Shown: positions 40,725 through 54,240, counted from the first letter of the stretch. The stretch: DNA of 64,000 nt from Octopus bimaculoides (GCF_001194135.2 NC_068989.1:95757239-95821238); one strand, 5' to 3'. Program-made: numbers and translations. The notes: generated from the letters alone by a model not told the origin.

Positions 40725-40934
40725 CTTTTCTACTAGGCACAAGGCCTGAAATTTTTGGGGAGGTGGGGCCAGTCAATTAGGTTGACCCCAGTATGCAACT
40801 GGTACTTAATTTATTGACCCCGAAAGGATGAAAGGCAAAGTCGATCTCAGTGGAATTTGAACTCAGAACATAAAGACAGACGAAATACCGCTAAGCATTT
40901 TGCCCGGCGTGCCGACGTTTCTGCCAGCTTGCTG
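40725..40934 (-). mobile_element. tRNA-derived SINE with probable TSD
   Basis: Colinear with 31313-31518. atcaggtgtatt occurs at 40713-40724 and 40959-40970, with a 16-bp tandem duplication at 40935-40966. Confidence 0.9.
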
Positions 40935-41778
40935 TCTTAAATATCAGGTGTCTTAAATATCAGGTGTATTGAAGAAAATAAGACAAGCAAAAGAAATAAA
41001 AAAATTAAAATGTTGAAGGTATGTTTTCTACTGCATTTGGTAATATCAAAAAATAGCTTACAGGAAGAAGTATGATATATTTTGAGAAGTGAATCCTAAA
41101 TTATGGTGGCTCTACTTGCATTAAATAACAATGAAAGGAAACTGAAAAGGTTTATTATAAGNNNNNNNNNNNNNNNNNNNNNNNNNNNNNNNNNNNNNNN
41201 NNNNNNNNNNNNNNNNNNNNNNNNNNNNNNNNNNNNNNNNNNNNNNNNNNNNNNNNNNNNNNNNNNNNNNNNNNNNNNNNNNNNNNNNNNNNNNNNNNNN
41301 NNNNNNNNNNNNNNNNNNNNNNNNNNNNNNNNNNNNNNNNNNNNNNNNNNNNNNNNNNNNNNNNNNNNNNNNNNNNNNNNNNNNNNNNNNNNNNNNNNNN
41401 NNNNNNNNNNNNNNNNNNNNNNNNNNNNNNNNNNNNNNNNNNNNNNNNNNNNNNNNNNNNNNNNNNNNNNNNNNNNNNNNNNNNNNNNNNNNNNNNNNNN
41501 NNNNNNNNNNNNNNNNNNNNNNNNNNNNNNNNNNNNNNNNNNNNNNNNNNNNNNNNNNNNNNNNNNNNNNNNNNNNNNNNNNNNNNNNNNNNNNNNNNNN
41601 NNNNNNNNNNNNNNNNNNNNNNNNNNNNNNNNNNNNNNNNNNNNNNNNNNNNNNNNNNNNNNNNNNNNNNNNNNNNNNNNNNNNNNNNNNNNNNNNNNNN
41701 NNNNNNAAAGATTTGCATGTGAATTCAAAAGTTTTTCTAGGCTTCAAATATCTAAGTTTTCTATTATTAAGTTTCCTA

Positions 41779-41809
<31 letters not shown>

Positions 41810-41856
41810 AGAGAGAGAAAGGGAGAGAGAGAAAGAGAGAGAGTGTGTGTGTGTGT

Positions 41857-41892
<36 letters not shown>

Positions 41893-43352
41893 ACATGCGA
41901 TGTGGTTAACTTTTACAGTGCACAAGGTAATCTGAATAATAATTGCATATTTTGCAAAGTTGTAACTGCCAGCTTGGCAGACATTGTCAAACATTAGTTT
42001 TGTTCTAATACATACAAGGAACTGAAATTTTTAACATGTCATTCTGTGAAATGTGACTAGCAAAATTATTTATATGAAAATAAAGGTGAGCTATTTAATT
42101 GGCCAACAAATCATTATTAATAAAACAAACTACCTATAACGGTACAATGCAATACCTGTGACAATAGATTTATAAGTCAATAATTTTGCATCGACATTTG
42201 ATACTAAAACTCAATGGGTTGCACATTTTATCAAACTACCAATGGATTCATGATCTAATCATTGGACAAACTGAAGAAAAAAATCAGATATGAATATATA
42301 GCAAACACCTTTATAAATATAAAATTCATATGAAAAATAGTGTCAAGGAAATTATTTTTCTCTTTGAAATGTTCTTTAAATATGACTGAAAGTTAGCTCT
42401 TAAATGTTTAATTCCTATGACAACAGGTATTTTTTTTTATGGCAGATCTATCCCATAATTAATGACAAATGACACAAACTACACAATGTTCTAAGAAATA
42501 TTTTGCAACATACATATTGGCAACAAATTGGAAAAAAACAAACAAACAAAAACTCAATACCAGCTCATAATGAAATTTTGAGCATTATATTAATGGAGCT
42601 ATATAAAATGCAAGTTTAATCATCCTAATTATTGATTCACAAAATCAATACAGATGCATAAAATTTTAAAATATATTCAAGACTGACGAGATTAATTCTA
42701 GCAACAAGATCACTAATACTATTAATCAGACAAGATATTAGCATGCCTGTACACAAATTAGGAGATTATTACATGCTTTTCACCCTAGTAAAATTAGACA
42801 GCTTATTAAATAGTGCAACTCATGAGTCAAGTAAACAATTTTATTTCTAAATACACAGAACTAAACATAAAGTAAAGTTCATAATCTACCATTCTGCCGT
42901 GGGCTTCACGTGTTTATAGAGAAAAATATTTATGTAGGCTTGTATGTATTGTCAGGATTGCAACCATAAAACATATGTATATTGCTGTGTATGAGTGGTA
43001 TAAACTAGAATTCATATCATTAAACTCACAATCACTCTCCCACTTTCTTTTAGTCAAGTTTATCTGTTGTATTTTCACATGTAAAATTCCATGCTAGCAT
43101 AGGTTGGACAAAGGCTTATCATTGAGGTGTTATATACACCTATATACCCTCCTCAATGACTCACACCTGTTTTTCAAATAAGGGACTTTTAAGCCACTTG
43201 TCCTTGGAATTGTAGATGTTTCAGAATGATCTGCTAATAATAGGGAGGTCAACATATCATCATCATTTTGCTCAAACAATCTAAGTGAATGGTTACATTC
43301 ACAGAGATATGCACAGAAAAACACACACACACACATGAACACAGTTACAAAG

Positions 43353-43397
<45 letters not shown>

Positions 43398-43732
43398 GTT
43401 ACAAAGATACATGTATACAAGTAGTTTCCATAGTTTCCATTCAGTTCACAAGGCACTGATCAACTCAAGACAATAGTAGATGACACATGCACAAAAAACC
43501 ATACAATGAGATAAATTCACATGGTGATGAGGCACACTCCATATCTATATAGCTATGCCTCAGCCTATAGCATATTCTCAACTGAGATACTTTTAGGGAA
43601 TGATGTAATTGAAATATACTATCACCACTGGCTGGTGTTATGAATACTCTCTTTGTTTTGTTTTCTACTACAGCTATGGGCCAACCAAACATTTGTGGGT
43701 GGATTAGACGCAAACTGTAAAAGAAACATGTC

Positions 43733-43763
<31 letters not shown>

Positions 43764-43793
43764 TATATATATATATACATATATATATATACA

Positions 43794-43898
43794 TACATAC
43801 AAAATTAAGAGGAAAGACCACTAAAGTGGACACTTAATATACTATATTAGCATATTAGGTGTCCACTTTAGTGATCATTCCTCTTAATTTTGTATGTA
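43794..43898. repeat. Near-perfect inverted repeat (46-bp arms, 11-nt loop), MITE-like
   Basis: 43795-43840 against the reverse complement of 43852-43897 shows 3 mismatches. It lies next to a (TA)n run. Confidence 0.9.
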
Positions 43899-43989
43899 AT
43901 ATAAGTTTTAATCTTCGGATTTTTTAAATATGCTAAGCCACTGGTTTTAATTGATTAATATCAATTTCTACCCTTATTATTTAATTTTA

Positions 43990-44036
<47 letters not shown>

Positions 44037-44169
44037 CGTTGACCATATATATATATATATATACGTGTGTGTGTGTGTGTGTTTGTGCATGCACATTTTT
44101 GTGTCTGTGTATTTATATATCTCTGCCATTCACTTATTTGAAAGTCACATAGTTCACATGAAGCTGGTA

Positions 44170-45435
44170 CGCTCCACTAGATGCACAATGTCAGTGTATG
44201 TGTGCAACAGAGAGCTAGTATACTAAGAGAGAAGTTAGGCATAAAAGGAATTAGATGCAGAATGCAAGAAAGAAGACTGCACTGGTTTGGTCATATGGTG
44301 TGTACAGTTGCATAAAGAAATGACAAGCTCTTAAAGTGGATGGAACTTGTAAAAGAAGGAGACTCAAGAAGTCATGGTATAAAGAAGGCCAATCTCAAAA
44401 TGCTGCACCTTATGAAGGAGTTGACAACGGACCAAGTTGCCTGGCACCTTGCTAAACTCAAGAAAACCTGTCCACCACAGAATTGATACCCTAAAACCAC
44501 CTTGGTAATGCTTACCTCCATCCTCTCTGCCCCATCAACCTTCCCCCACCACTCACATTTCATCCCTTAACACCCATCACTTTCTCTATCACCTGAGAGC
44601 AGAGTAGGCACATACTACACCTCCTGGCTTTCTCAGTTACCTTACTCCCCTCTTCCACTTACCTCTCCCCCACACCTACTGTCTTCACCAATCACCTCCT
44701 TTCTGTGCCTTCTCTCTCCTCCCTGTGCTGCTCTCCATCATTAGCTCTTTGCTTACATGCTAACAGCTACAATGCCTTCACAGATCTGCTGCAACACCCC
44801 CACCCCTGTGCCTCTCCTAGATCTCCATCCTTTGCTAGTCACCTCATCCCGCCCATTCACACAGCCCAAGCCTCTATATATCACCTCACCTATTCTCACC
44901 ACCCCCAATGTTCCTCAAGGGCATGTCCTGACACATCTCCATCACATCATTTCTCTGACTATCACTCTCTTTATCATACTCTCTAACTCAGTCTCATTTG
45001 TTTCCCAACTAGGGTGTCTATGTATCTACTCTACAGTGAGACACCTATCTATATCTGTCCCTTCTATACTTTAAATCTCTCAACTGGCTCAAAGCCACAC
45101 TCCATCAGTTCTACTCTCCCCTCCCAGTTAAGGAGTTTTTGTCATACAACCTACTTGGTGCCACATAAAAAGCACTGGTACTGGTGCCATGTTAAAAGTA
45201 CCTGCAATGGTGCCACATAATAAAGCATTGGTGAAGGTACCATGTAAAAAGCACTGGTGATGGTACCATGTAAAGAGCACCTGGTACACTATGTAAAGCG
45301 AGGTGGCATTAAGAAGGACGTCCAGCTGTAGAAACTATGCCAAAATAGACAATTAGAACCTGGTGCAACTCCTGTCAAACGCAGCCCATGCCAGCATGGA
45401 AAATGGATGTTAAAAGATGATGATGATGATGCTGA
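44170..45435 (+). mobile_element. Older RTE LINE 3' end with long pyrimidine-rich UTR, 26-bp hairpin array and (GAT)n tail
   Basis: NVSVCVQQRASILREKLGIKGIRCRMQERRLHWFGHM is homologous to 17725-17850. The terminus ccatgccagcatggaaaatggatgttaaaagatgatgatg lies near 45385-45430. Confidence 0.8.
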
Positions 45436-48400
45436 TGTGTATGTGTGTGTATGCATGTATGTGCATCAGACTACTTCTACTTTCCAACTGTTTTGGTTAT
45501 TGCAGTAAATAATAATTGCAAACAAAATAGTAAACCCAACAAACTGTAGTATCTAACTTTTGATAGTTTATAGCAAAACAGCTGAAATTTTTTTTTATCG
45601 TTTTGCTTTTCCTTTTTTGTTTGTTTTTTTTTTCATATACTTACCATTTTAGTCAATTTACCCAAATTCTATAACACTATTTGTTCAAAGTGATCAATGT
45701 TAAAAAAATGTCTATCAAATTCACTTTCAAACTTCTAAGTAGAGACACTAATCCTAATGTTTTAATTTTTAATTTTTTTTTTCTCCAAAATTAATTAACG
45801 AGAATCAACTTGCAAATTTTATAAGTACCTACATTTCTAACAATTTTACAAAGTGGCAAAACACCATAATGGTTTTCTGTCTGAAGTAAAAATGTTGGTC
45901 ATGTATATTGACTTATTTTCATAGACCCAGTTAGTATGAGAGAAAACAAAATTAAATAAACAAATTTTACTGTACTCAGAAACAAATAAATAAATAATGA
46001 TTAAACTGACTTGATGTAAATTAGGATGATTTCTAAGCTGAACCTAAGAAAAATTGTTTTTAGTAAAATTAACAAATGATGAATAACAAACCATTTTGTC
46101 TTATCATTTATGAAGATACTAGAAACAATACCAAATTAACACATGCAAACTAAACAATCAAATTCAAAATGTAACACAATATCGGGTCATGTTCATTAAG
46201 TATTAGCCAATTGTAATTATGATATGATGACAAATGTTGCCTATGAAATCATCACTAGCTGAAATGAACATGTATTAATGAAACAAAAAAGTGATTGAAA
46301 ATTATTGATTGAAATTTCAATTAGTATATAAACTGAAAGTGTGTGCGTGTTTGTGTATATATATACATATGTATAAGGTAGTAATGTAGGTAAGAAACTC
46401 TGACAGTTTCTGTAAAATATTTCCGCTGAATATAATCTATAATTATCATATATATATGATCAATACATTATTGCAAAGATATCTGTCACATTATACATAA
46501 TGAGTATTAAAACTAAGTATAGATGCAGACACAAAGAACATATAAAGAAGGATGAAATCCAACAACTAATGTGATTCCTCCTAACATTTTATCCATGTCT
46601 GTATTACATTCATTCTAAATACATAAAATATATTCTATGCTTAACTTTTATATTTGCTTTCCAAGGTCCTTGATGTTGAAATCAGGCACTGAAATCAATG
46701 ATGTCGTATCTTGAGAGAACCAGGTTGCACTGCTTTTATTGTACTATTTTATCATTATTATTATTAGTTAACTAGTTCACTAATTTACCAATAAACAAAT
46801 TGATTGTTTGACTAATCATTTGATCAATCAATCAATAAGTTGGTTTGTCAGAGTTCTTTAATTGTTGCTTGCATCCTCATCAATGATGTACTTAAGTTAA
46901 TATAGATCTGCCACACTATATCTAAACTATTCTATGTTCAAACCAAGAATTTTCTTAAATGTGTCTAAATATAATTGTGACAGATGATATGTGCACAGGT
47001 AACATCAGCTAACATAGAGAAACACAAATGCTACCCCAAAGATACACCTATCAAATGTGAACATGAGTCAAGCACAACAGGGTCTTCTTCTTTAGTATAG
47101 GTTAAGAAGATCACTTCACAACCATGAGAGGTTCTGGGCTTGATCATTCAGTATGACATCTTGGGCAAATGTCATTTTTTTCAAAAACTCAGGTTGACCC
47201 GTAACTTGCAAATGAAAAATGGGAGTTCAGTAGCAGGTTACCCAGTTGATGGAATAAATGAACTTTATCACCAAAGGACAGACATCCACCACTACTACCA
47301 TATAGTCTTAAAGTTTTCAGTAACCCTTCTCACAACTATCTTATAAAGAAAAGCCAGCCTGATGGAGTCCACCACTGTACAGGCTGTTGCATGTAGTTAA
47401 AAAGCACAGGTGTGAGGAGTACGTCTCTTGATATACCTTAACTGAGAACTTACCACTCCACTGAGAGCACACATTCATCCACCTGCACACCACAGAACAC
47501 AACACACAAATAATTTACAGTACATGTTACACACAAACACTTGAGCCTAAAAAGATTTTAATTGGAGTTAAAATCATTATGGAATATCAATGCAAGGCAA
47601 TTAATAAACAGAAGCAGAGAAAAAAATAATACTCATATCAATGTCATTAAATAATGGATTTTAGATGGAAATTAACTTTTGTTTAACTTTTCATTTCTTC
47701 AAACTTTTCAAATTACACATTATTCTCAATTCAAAATGTGTTCACATAATTTAAATTCAATATTCGGTAATGAATGGAAAGCAGCAGTTTTTATTTACAG
47801 CTAATTAAATTCCTATTCTNNNNNNNNNNNNNNNNNNNNNNNNNNNNNNNNNNNNNNNNNNNNNNNNNNNNNNNNNNNNNNNNNNNNNNNNNNNNNNNNN
47901 NNNNNNNNNNNNNNNNNNNNNNNNNNNNNNNNNNNNNNNNNNNNNNNNNNNNNNNNNNNNNNNNNNNNNNNNNNNNNNNNNNNNNNNNNNNNNNNNNNNN
48001 NNNNNNNNNNNNNNNNNNNNNNNNNNNNNNNNNNNNNNNNNNNNNNNNNNNNNNNNNNNNNNNNNNNNNNNNNNNNNNNNNNNNNNNNNNNNNNNNNNNN
48101 NNNNNNNNNNNNNNNNNNNNNNNNNNNNNNNNNNNNNNNNNNNNNNNNNNNNNNNNNNNNNNNNNNNNNNNNNNNNNNNNNNNNNNNNNNNNNNNNNNNN
48201 NNNNNNNNNNNNNNNNNNNNNNNNNNNNNNNNNNNNNNNNNNNNNNNNNNNNNNNNNNNNNNNNNNNNNNNNNNNNNNNNNNNNNNNNNNNNNNNNNNNN
48301 NNNNNNNNNNNNNNNNNNNNNNNNNNNNNNTATATATTTATTGTTAACACTGAGGGTGACAAAAAGGGCTTTCTGTGAATATCACATACATTTTAGATTG

Positions 48401-48692
48401 ATGTAACAAAGTGATACTATAAAAGGCAAAGCCACCATTGAAGCAAGGACATGAAGTTAAACAGTTGTTAAATAAGTTTTCCAAGTAGTGGTTTGTTTAT
48501 AAAATGGATCTGCTTGTGGATCTACAATTGTCTTATTTTAGTCAGCAAAAACAGAAACCAAAATTGTTTTACATATGTTTGGTTAAGTGGAGGCTGAAAT
48601 AAGTTTGAAATGAGTCTGTCTTATAATATATGTATGTACATGTAGGTATGTACATACATTAAGCGCTAAATATTCTTAAATTATTTATATGA

Positions 48693-49003
48693 AGAGGGAA
48701 CAAGGCTCCTGGAGTTCTGCGATGTAAATAACCTATTGATCTGCAACACCAACTTCAAGAAGCCTGCTAGCCACCTGATAACCAATCAACCAGGTGACTC
48801 TGCTAGCCAGATCAATTTCATTTTCACCAGACTGCAGGATGCACGGCTGCTCTTAAATACAAAGACATTCCCTGGTGAAGAATGTACCCCCCAGCATAGA
48901 CTAGTTATTAGTGACTTTAGACTTAAGGCCAGAAGGATACCAAAAAGCAGACCAATGTGGAAAAGAAGGACTTGGAGGCTTAAGAACCCTTCACATGGTC
49001 AAT
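48693..49003 (+). mobile_element. RTE LINE AP-endonuclease C-terminal fragment
   Basis: EGTRLLEFCDVNNLLICNTNFKKPASHLIT...SQINFIFTR...PGEECTPQHRLVISDF (APE IDY- and SDH-equivalent motifs of the RTE clade). Confidence 0.88.
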
Positions 49004-49009
49004 GGTATA

Positions 49010-49510
49010 TAAAAAGCACTATCCGAATGTGATCGATGCCAGGACAACCTGATTGTCCCCATACCAGTGGCACATAAAAAGCACCATCCGCATGTGGCCT
49101 ATGCCAGTACCCCCTAACTGGCTTCCATGCCAGTAACATGTAAAAAGCACCATCCGAATGTGGTTGGTGCCAGGACCCCCTGACTGGCTCCCATGCCAGT
49201 GGAACGTAAAAAGCACTATTTGAAAGTGATTTATGCCAGGACCGCCTTACTGGCCCCTGTGCCGGTGACATGTAAAAAGTTCCATCTGAACATGGCCAAT
49301 GCCAGCACCCCCTGACTGGCTCCTGTGCTGGTGGCATGTAAAAAGCACTCACTACAACTCTCAGAGTGGTTGGCGTTAGGAAGGGCATCCAGCTGTAGAA
49401 ACATTGTCAGATCAGATTGGAGCCTGTTGCAGCTGCTGGCTCTACAGACCTCAGTCAAACCGTCCAACCCATGCCAGCATGGAAAACGGACATTAAACGA
49501 TGATGATGAT
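49010..49510 (+). repeat. Five 66-bp tandem units plus RTE 3' terminus and (GAT)n
   Basis: AAAAAG anchors at 49011, 49076, 49142, 49208, 49274 and 49340. Confidence 0.92.
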
Positions 49511-50048
49511 ATAATGGAGACTGCAAACATTTATAGATATTTTTACTGTTAATTTTACCCATAGTGTTATGAATTGAGACAAAGTGTGTCTCTCATTCAG
49601 TCTACCTTACTGACAAACAGAGTACTATCATTGACATACAGCAGAGGCAAGAAATGTCATCAAAATGTGTGGCTAGCTGCGAGTACACCTCATTGAAAAA
49701 AATCTCATCCAGCCATTTGGCTGGCTGTGAGCAAATATTACTGACAAGCTCCAAAAGTACCAAAGTACATTTGGTTTTCTTGCTAGCCACTGGCAGGATG
49801 ATTAGTCATTTCAATCCAATTATATTATTTTTAAACACACCATGTACATAGGAAATTTTTTTTTATTTTAAACAAGACTGCAGTAATTTGCCTGTCAACG
49901 ATGTATATACATTAAGTATGATAGATAGCTGACTATATTATAAATCTATCCAACTATCTATATACACATGTGAGTATGTGTGTGTGTGTGTGTGTGTGTG
50001 TGCATGTGTGTGTGTGCACGTGTGTGTGTGCATGTGTGTGCGTGTGTA

Positions 50049-50335
50049 TGTGAAGGTGCATGGATTAGTGGTTAGGGAATTTGGCTCATGATTGTAAGGT
50101 CATAATGCTGATTCTTGGTGGTGTGTTGTATTCTTCAGCAAGACACTTTATTTCACATTGCTCCAGTCTACTCAGTTGGCCGCCATTCTGGGTCATGCCG
50201 AATCTCCCTGAGAACTATATAAAACGTACATATGCTTGTGGGGTGCTCAGCCAGTTGCTCATTAATTTCATGAGCTGGCTGTTCCGTTGATCAGATCAAC
50301 TAGAACACTTGCCATTACTGATGGAGTGACAGTTA
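50049..50335 (+). mobile_element. tRNA-derived SINE (second family)
   Basis: gtgaaggtgcatgg...agcaagacacttta...gctccagtctactcag. The head is shared with 59683 and the 3' body with 53370-53570. Confidence 0.75.
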
Positions 50336-51006
50336 ATATATATATGAAAGTACACTTATATGTTTACATTAAATATGGTTGACAATTGTGAATGTGATGT
50401 TCAAATCATTTATAACAAAAGTTTTGTAAATGATATGAATTCACATTTAAAATCTAAAAATAGCTTTTCTTCTTATCTAATTACAAATGAATGACTACTA
50501 CTTTTAATATATTTGCTTTAAAATATAAAAGACTCTCAAAAGTGTTCTATTTCTTCATTCTATAACAATGATAATAATATCTCATGTAACACTATTTATG
50601 ATAAACAGCATCAGATAAAAACTGATTGTGACAATCAAGAAACACTAGCCGTGATGTACAAATTAAATAAACTTAAGAATGACAAAATAGGAAATAGATC
50701 CTAATTATTGAAAAATAAATAATGAATTTTATAAATATCAAAGTATTGGTATAAATATATAAAAATATTTCATATGTATATACATACACAAGTATACATA
50801 TATATATTGATATAAATGTACAAATACTTTATATAAAGTATTTGTATATTTATTTTTCTCTTTTGCAACTGCAATTTGCTGAAAATGTGAAAATATAGAT
50901 TTAAAAAATGAAAATAAGATTCCCAAGTAAATGGCTTTTAAATTGAAAATTTAGAAAATGTTTGAAAACTTTTAAAAGTGTATGTCATATATAGGGCTTC
51001 AATGAC

Positions 51007-51010
<4 letters not shown>

Positions 51011-51065
<55 letters not shown>
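51011..51065. repeat. (AAT)n microsatellite
   Basis: Perfect run. Confidence 0.95.
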
Positions 51066-51068
<3 letters not shown>

Positions 51069-52975
51069 TTAGAATTATCTATATAACAGTTTTTCAGCAG
51101 CTTTTTGTAAATTTCTGACCTACTGAAAACTGAGAAGTTAATCCATATGAATCTCAATAGTAAAAAAAGAACATTTCTTTTATATCAAGTAATAAACTTA
51201 AGGATTGGAAATGTTAATCAATGAAAATTGAATGAAAGCATATGAAATGATAGCAAATAGATTTCCCTGGAGGTAGAACGAAGCTAATGCAATTTTAATA
51301 AGGTAACCAGACTGCAAACACATAATTGAACCGGATTATAGAAGCAAATAAGAAAGAGGAAAAATCTTATTCATTCAACAGGTCAATATAAAGTTAAAAA
51401 AGAAAAATAAATTGATTTCATAAAAATTGTATAGAAATTCATAACCTCGAAAGTAAATAGTCAACACACTGCTGATGTTTAAGGAAGTTTTTCCATTTTG
51501 AAATATCTTGAGATTTTTAGTTTAACAATTCAAGCTGAAGATTAGTTCTTCATCCAATCTTCAGAGTAACAATATTTTATTTATTATTTTTTATACATTT
51601 TTATTTCATTTTATATATTCAACAAGGTATCAATTCTTATTGACTCTGCTGTTAAAATAATGCTCTACCATATGTTTTTATTTTGTCCAATGCAATAAGA
51701 CAAGCTAAAAATCTGATTAAATCAAGAAATATATTGCTAGGTCTACTTTAATTTTTGACAATTCCCAATGGTCAAGAAGTTTACACCTAAATTATTAGAA
51801 TTACTACTAAAGACTAGTTCTTGCTTCTGTTAGGCTGATTATAATACATACTACTCTAATCTTCCAATTTAAGTGTTTATGAATAGATGTGGTATCTAAC
51901 AATAAAAAAAAAAATCTCACAAATATGGTTAAAGCAATTGACAATTTGCCTTTCAGTTCAAATTCTATGAAGGTCAACTTGGCTTTTCATCCTTTCAGTT
52001 TTGATGAAAAAATGCCTTGCAGTATATATTCCAGCTCCTAGCATTCTGTATTAAAAATCTCAACAAGACCTACTTTTGTGGATGACTTAATCTGTTGTTG
52101 TCAGGTTTTAACAACACTACCTGGCACCTTAGATACCTTTCGCAGGGTCCACTTCTTTTTGCAAGCATTTGGGTTTAGTATCCAGTTGAGGATGCTTTCT
52201 TCACCCTTCCCACAATCTCAGAGGCTCTATAAAGGAAAAGGTCATGATAACTGCCTTCCTTTCTGATTAATAGGGGAAAGGAATAAATGCAAAACATACA
52301 AACACCTGAATTTGCATGTATCTCTACTCAAAAATATCTATTGTGCCAATCTTGTCTCCTGCAACAGAGTAAAAATATGAATCACTACACATACCATGAA
52401 AATCTCACTGTACCCCACCAATCCTAAACATAAACACTTTGCAACTAGATCCTCAAGGTTGCCTCAGATACTAGACCATTAAAGATCTCTCCTGGTAAAA
52501 ATACACAACCCTGAATATAGCTGAAGATCAGCTTTCCTCTTCAGTGCCCCCCAAAAAACACTTCAATCCACAACTAAACTCTTTTTTGGTCTCCAAATTC
52601 TAAACCCTATTTCAGCCCCACCAACAACTAAATTCTACAAAACTCAAGTGAGGCCTTCAGGGAGTACCACTCCAACCTCTAACACAGGGCATTTGTTACA
52701 CACATCGATCACCCAGACTGTATTCCCCAAAAAGTTGCTCAGGTGATGGGCACACAGCTACATCAAACTATGACTCAACGACATGCCTACTCTCTGCCTT
52801 TTCTACTGCTACTATAGTGACCCCAATTCCTCCATTCTGATAGTCTTAACACACTTGTCTCTCCTTATTTCATTATCCATTTTGTTTCCACACCCTCACC
52901 CTAAACCCATACACACCTTCAGACTGAGTCCTTCCTGAACAAAGTGTCAACTTTCTATTTAAGGAGGAACATTAA

Positions 52976-53196
52976 CCCTTTAGTGTTTGCATTATTCTAC
53001 CAAAATTAATGCTTTTTTATCCACAATGTTTTGAACTAATCATGCATTATCTTGTAGCTATGAGATTTTGATGAGGTAGCTGTTAATTTTTAAAACGATA
53101 TTGTAGGGTTGGTGTGAGAGACCAGATCTGGCCAGTGTGAACATAAAACAGGCAGAATACTTTTGGCCGGATATGGCCGGTTTAAATGCTAAAGGG
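52976..53196. mobile_element. piggyBac-type MITE with TTAA TSD
   Basis: TTAA|CCCTTTAGTGTTT ... AAATGCTAAAGGG|TTAA, with 11/13 TIR identity. Confidence 0.85.
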
Positions 53197-53369
53197 TTAA
53201 CCATAATTTCACCAGTCACTGTACATTCCTGAATGTTCTAGATACAGAAGCCCTTCATTCTGACTAAACTAAAAAAATAAGAATAAAACACTTCATTTTC
53301 TTTACTCGTTACCGATTCGAAAAGACAGAGAAAAAAATATTGTCTCTAGGTGATATTGACATTAATTCT

Positions 53370-53570
53370 GCAGCTAGCAAAAATGAGTAGTACTTGTATT
53401 TCAAAGGGTCAGCCTTGTTACATGCAGTGTCATGCTCAGAATCCCTGAGAACTATATTAGGGATACATGTGTCTGTGGAGTGCTCATCCACTTGCGCATT
53501 AATTCCACAAGCAGGCTGTTCCATTGATCGGATCAACTGGAGCCCTCATCGTTATAACCTATAGAATGCC
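53370..53570 (+). mobile_element. SINE 3' body (family of 50049)
   Basis: aatccctgagaactata...gtgctca...ggctgttcc.ttgatc.gatcaact matches 50205-50300. Confidence 0.7.
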
Positions 53571-54150
53571 AGTGAAAGCTAGTTTCAGTCTACCTGGCTC
53601 ACAAACAGGTTCTTAATCTATATTTAGCCATCAGTAGAAAGGCTATTCAGATACGAAAATAATTACTCCAAATATGCATCCCATCTATCAACTCTGGTAG
53701 CATGAAACATGAGGAAGGAACATGGTTCTAAATTCCTAAATGTCTATTTTTTAATAATACTACAAGCAATTTATCCAAATGTATAACATTTTTATTCAGT
53801 TTGTCAGCATGGTAAAGCAAATGAGTAAATATATGTATGTATACATACACTGAATGTTCCATGCATTAACAAGTACCGCCTTGCGGCAATGTAAACTTCT
53901 ATTTGATCGAGGTATCCTTGGCCTGAAGAATAGCCTGCAGTATACACTGCGCCTGGATATTTACAACTTCTGAGGTTCTGCTCACTATAAAACATATGTA
54001 GCCTGGAGCTTATCTACTCCATTCCGTAACTCTTGTATTCTTATTCGCACACCCAGCAACCCCAGTCACCTAAAGTTGTTTTTTCATATTTACTACCGAT
54101 TGCTTGATGCTAACTTTCTTCCTACACCTCAATTCCTGGATCTTATTATA

Positions 54151-54153
<3 letters not shown>

Positions 54154-54202
<49 letters not shown>

Positions 54203-54240
54203 TGTGTGTGTGTGTGTGTGTGTGTGAGTGTGTGTGTGTG
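54154..54240. repeat. (TG)n microsatellite; one of many (also 19605 TA, 21696 TG/CG, 22407 TA, 29306 TG/GCGT, 35807 TG/AG, 41779 AG/TG, 43320 AC)
   Basis: Direct inspection. Confidence 0.95.

Noticed and set aside
52380-52800. Second degraded Penelope-like fragment
   Set aside because: Only faint resemblance (SEAFREYH), which is not enough to call.
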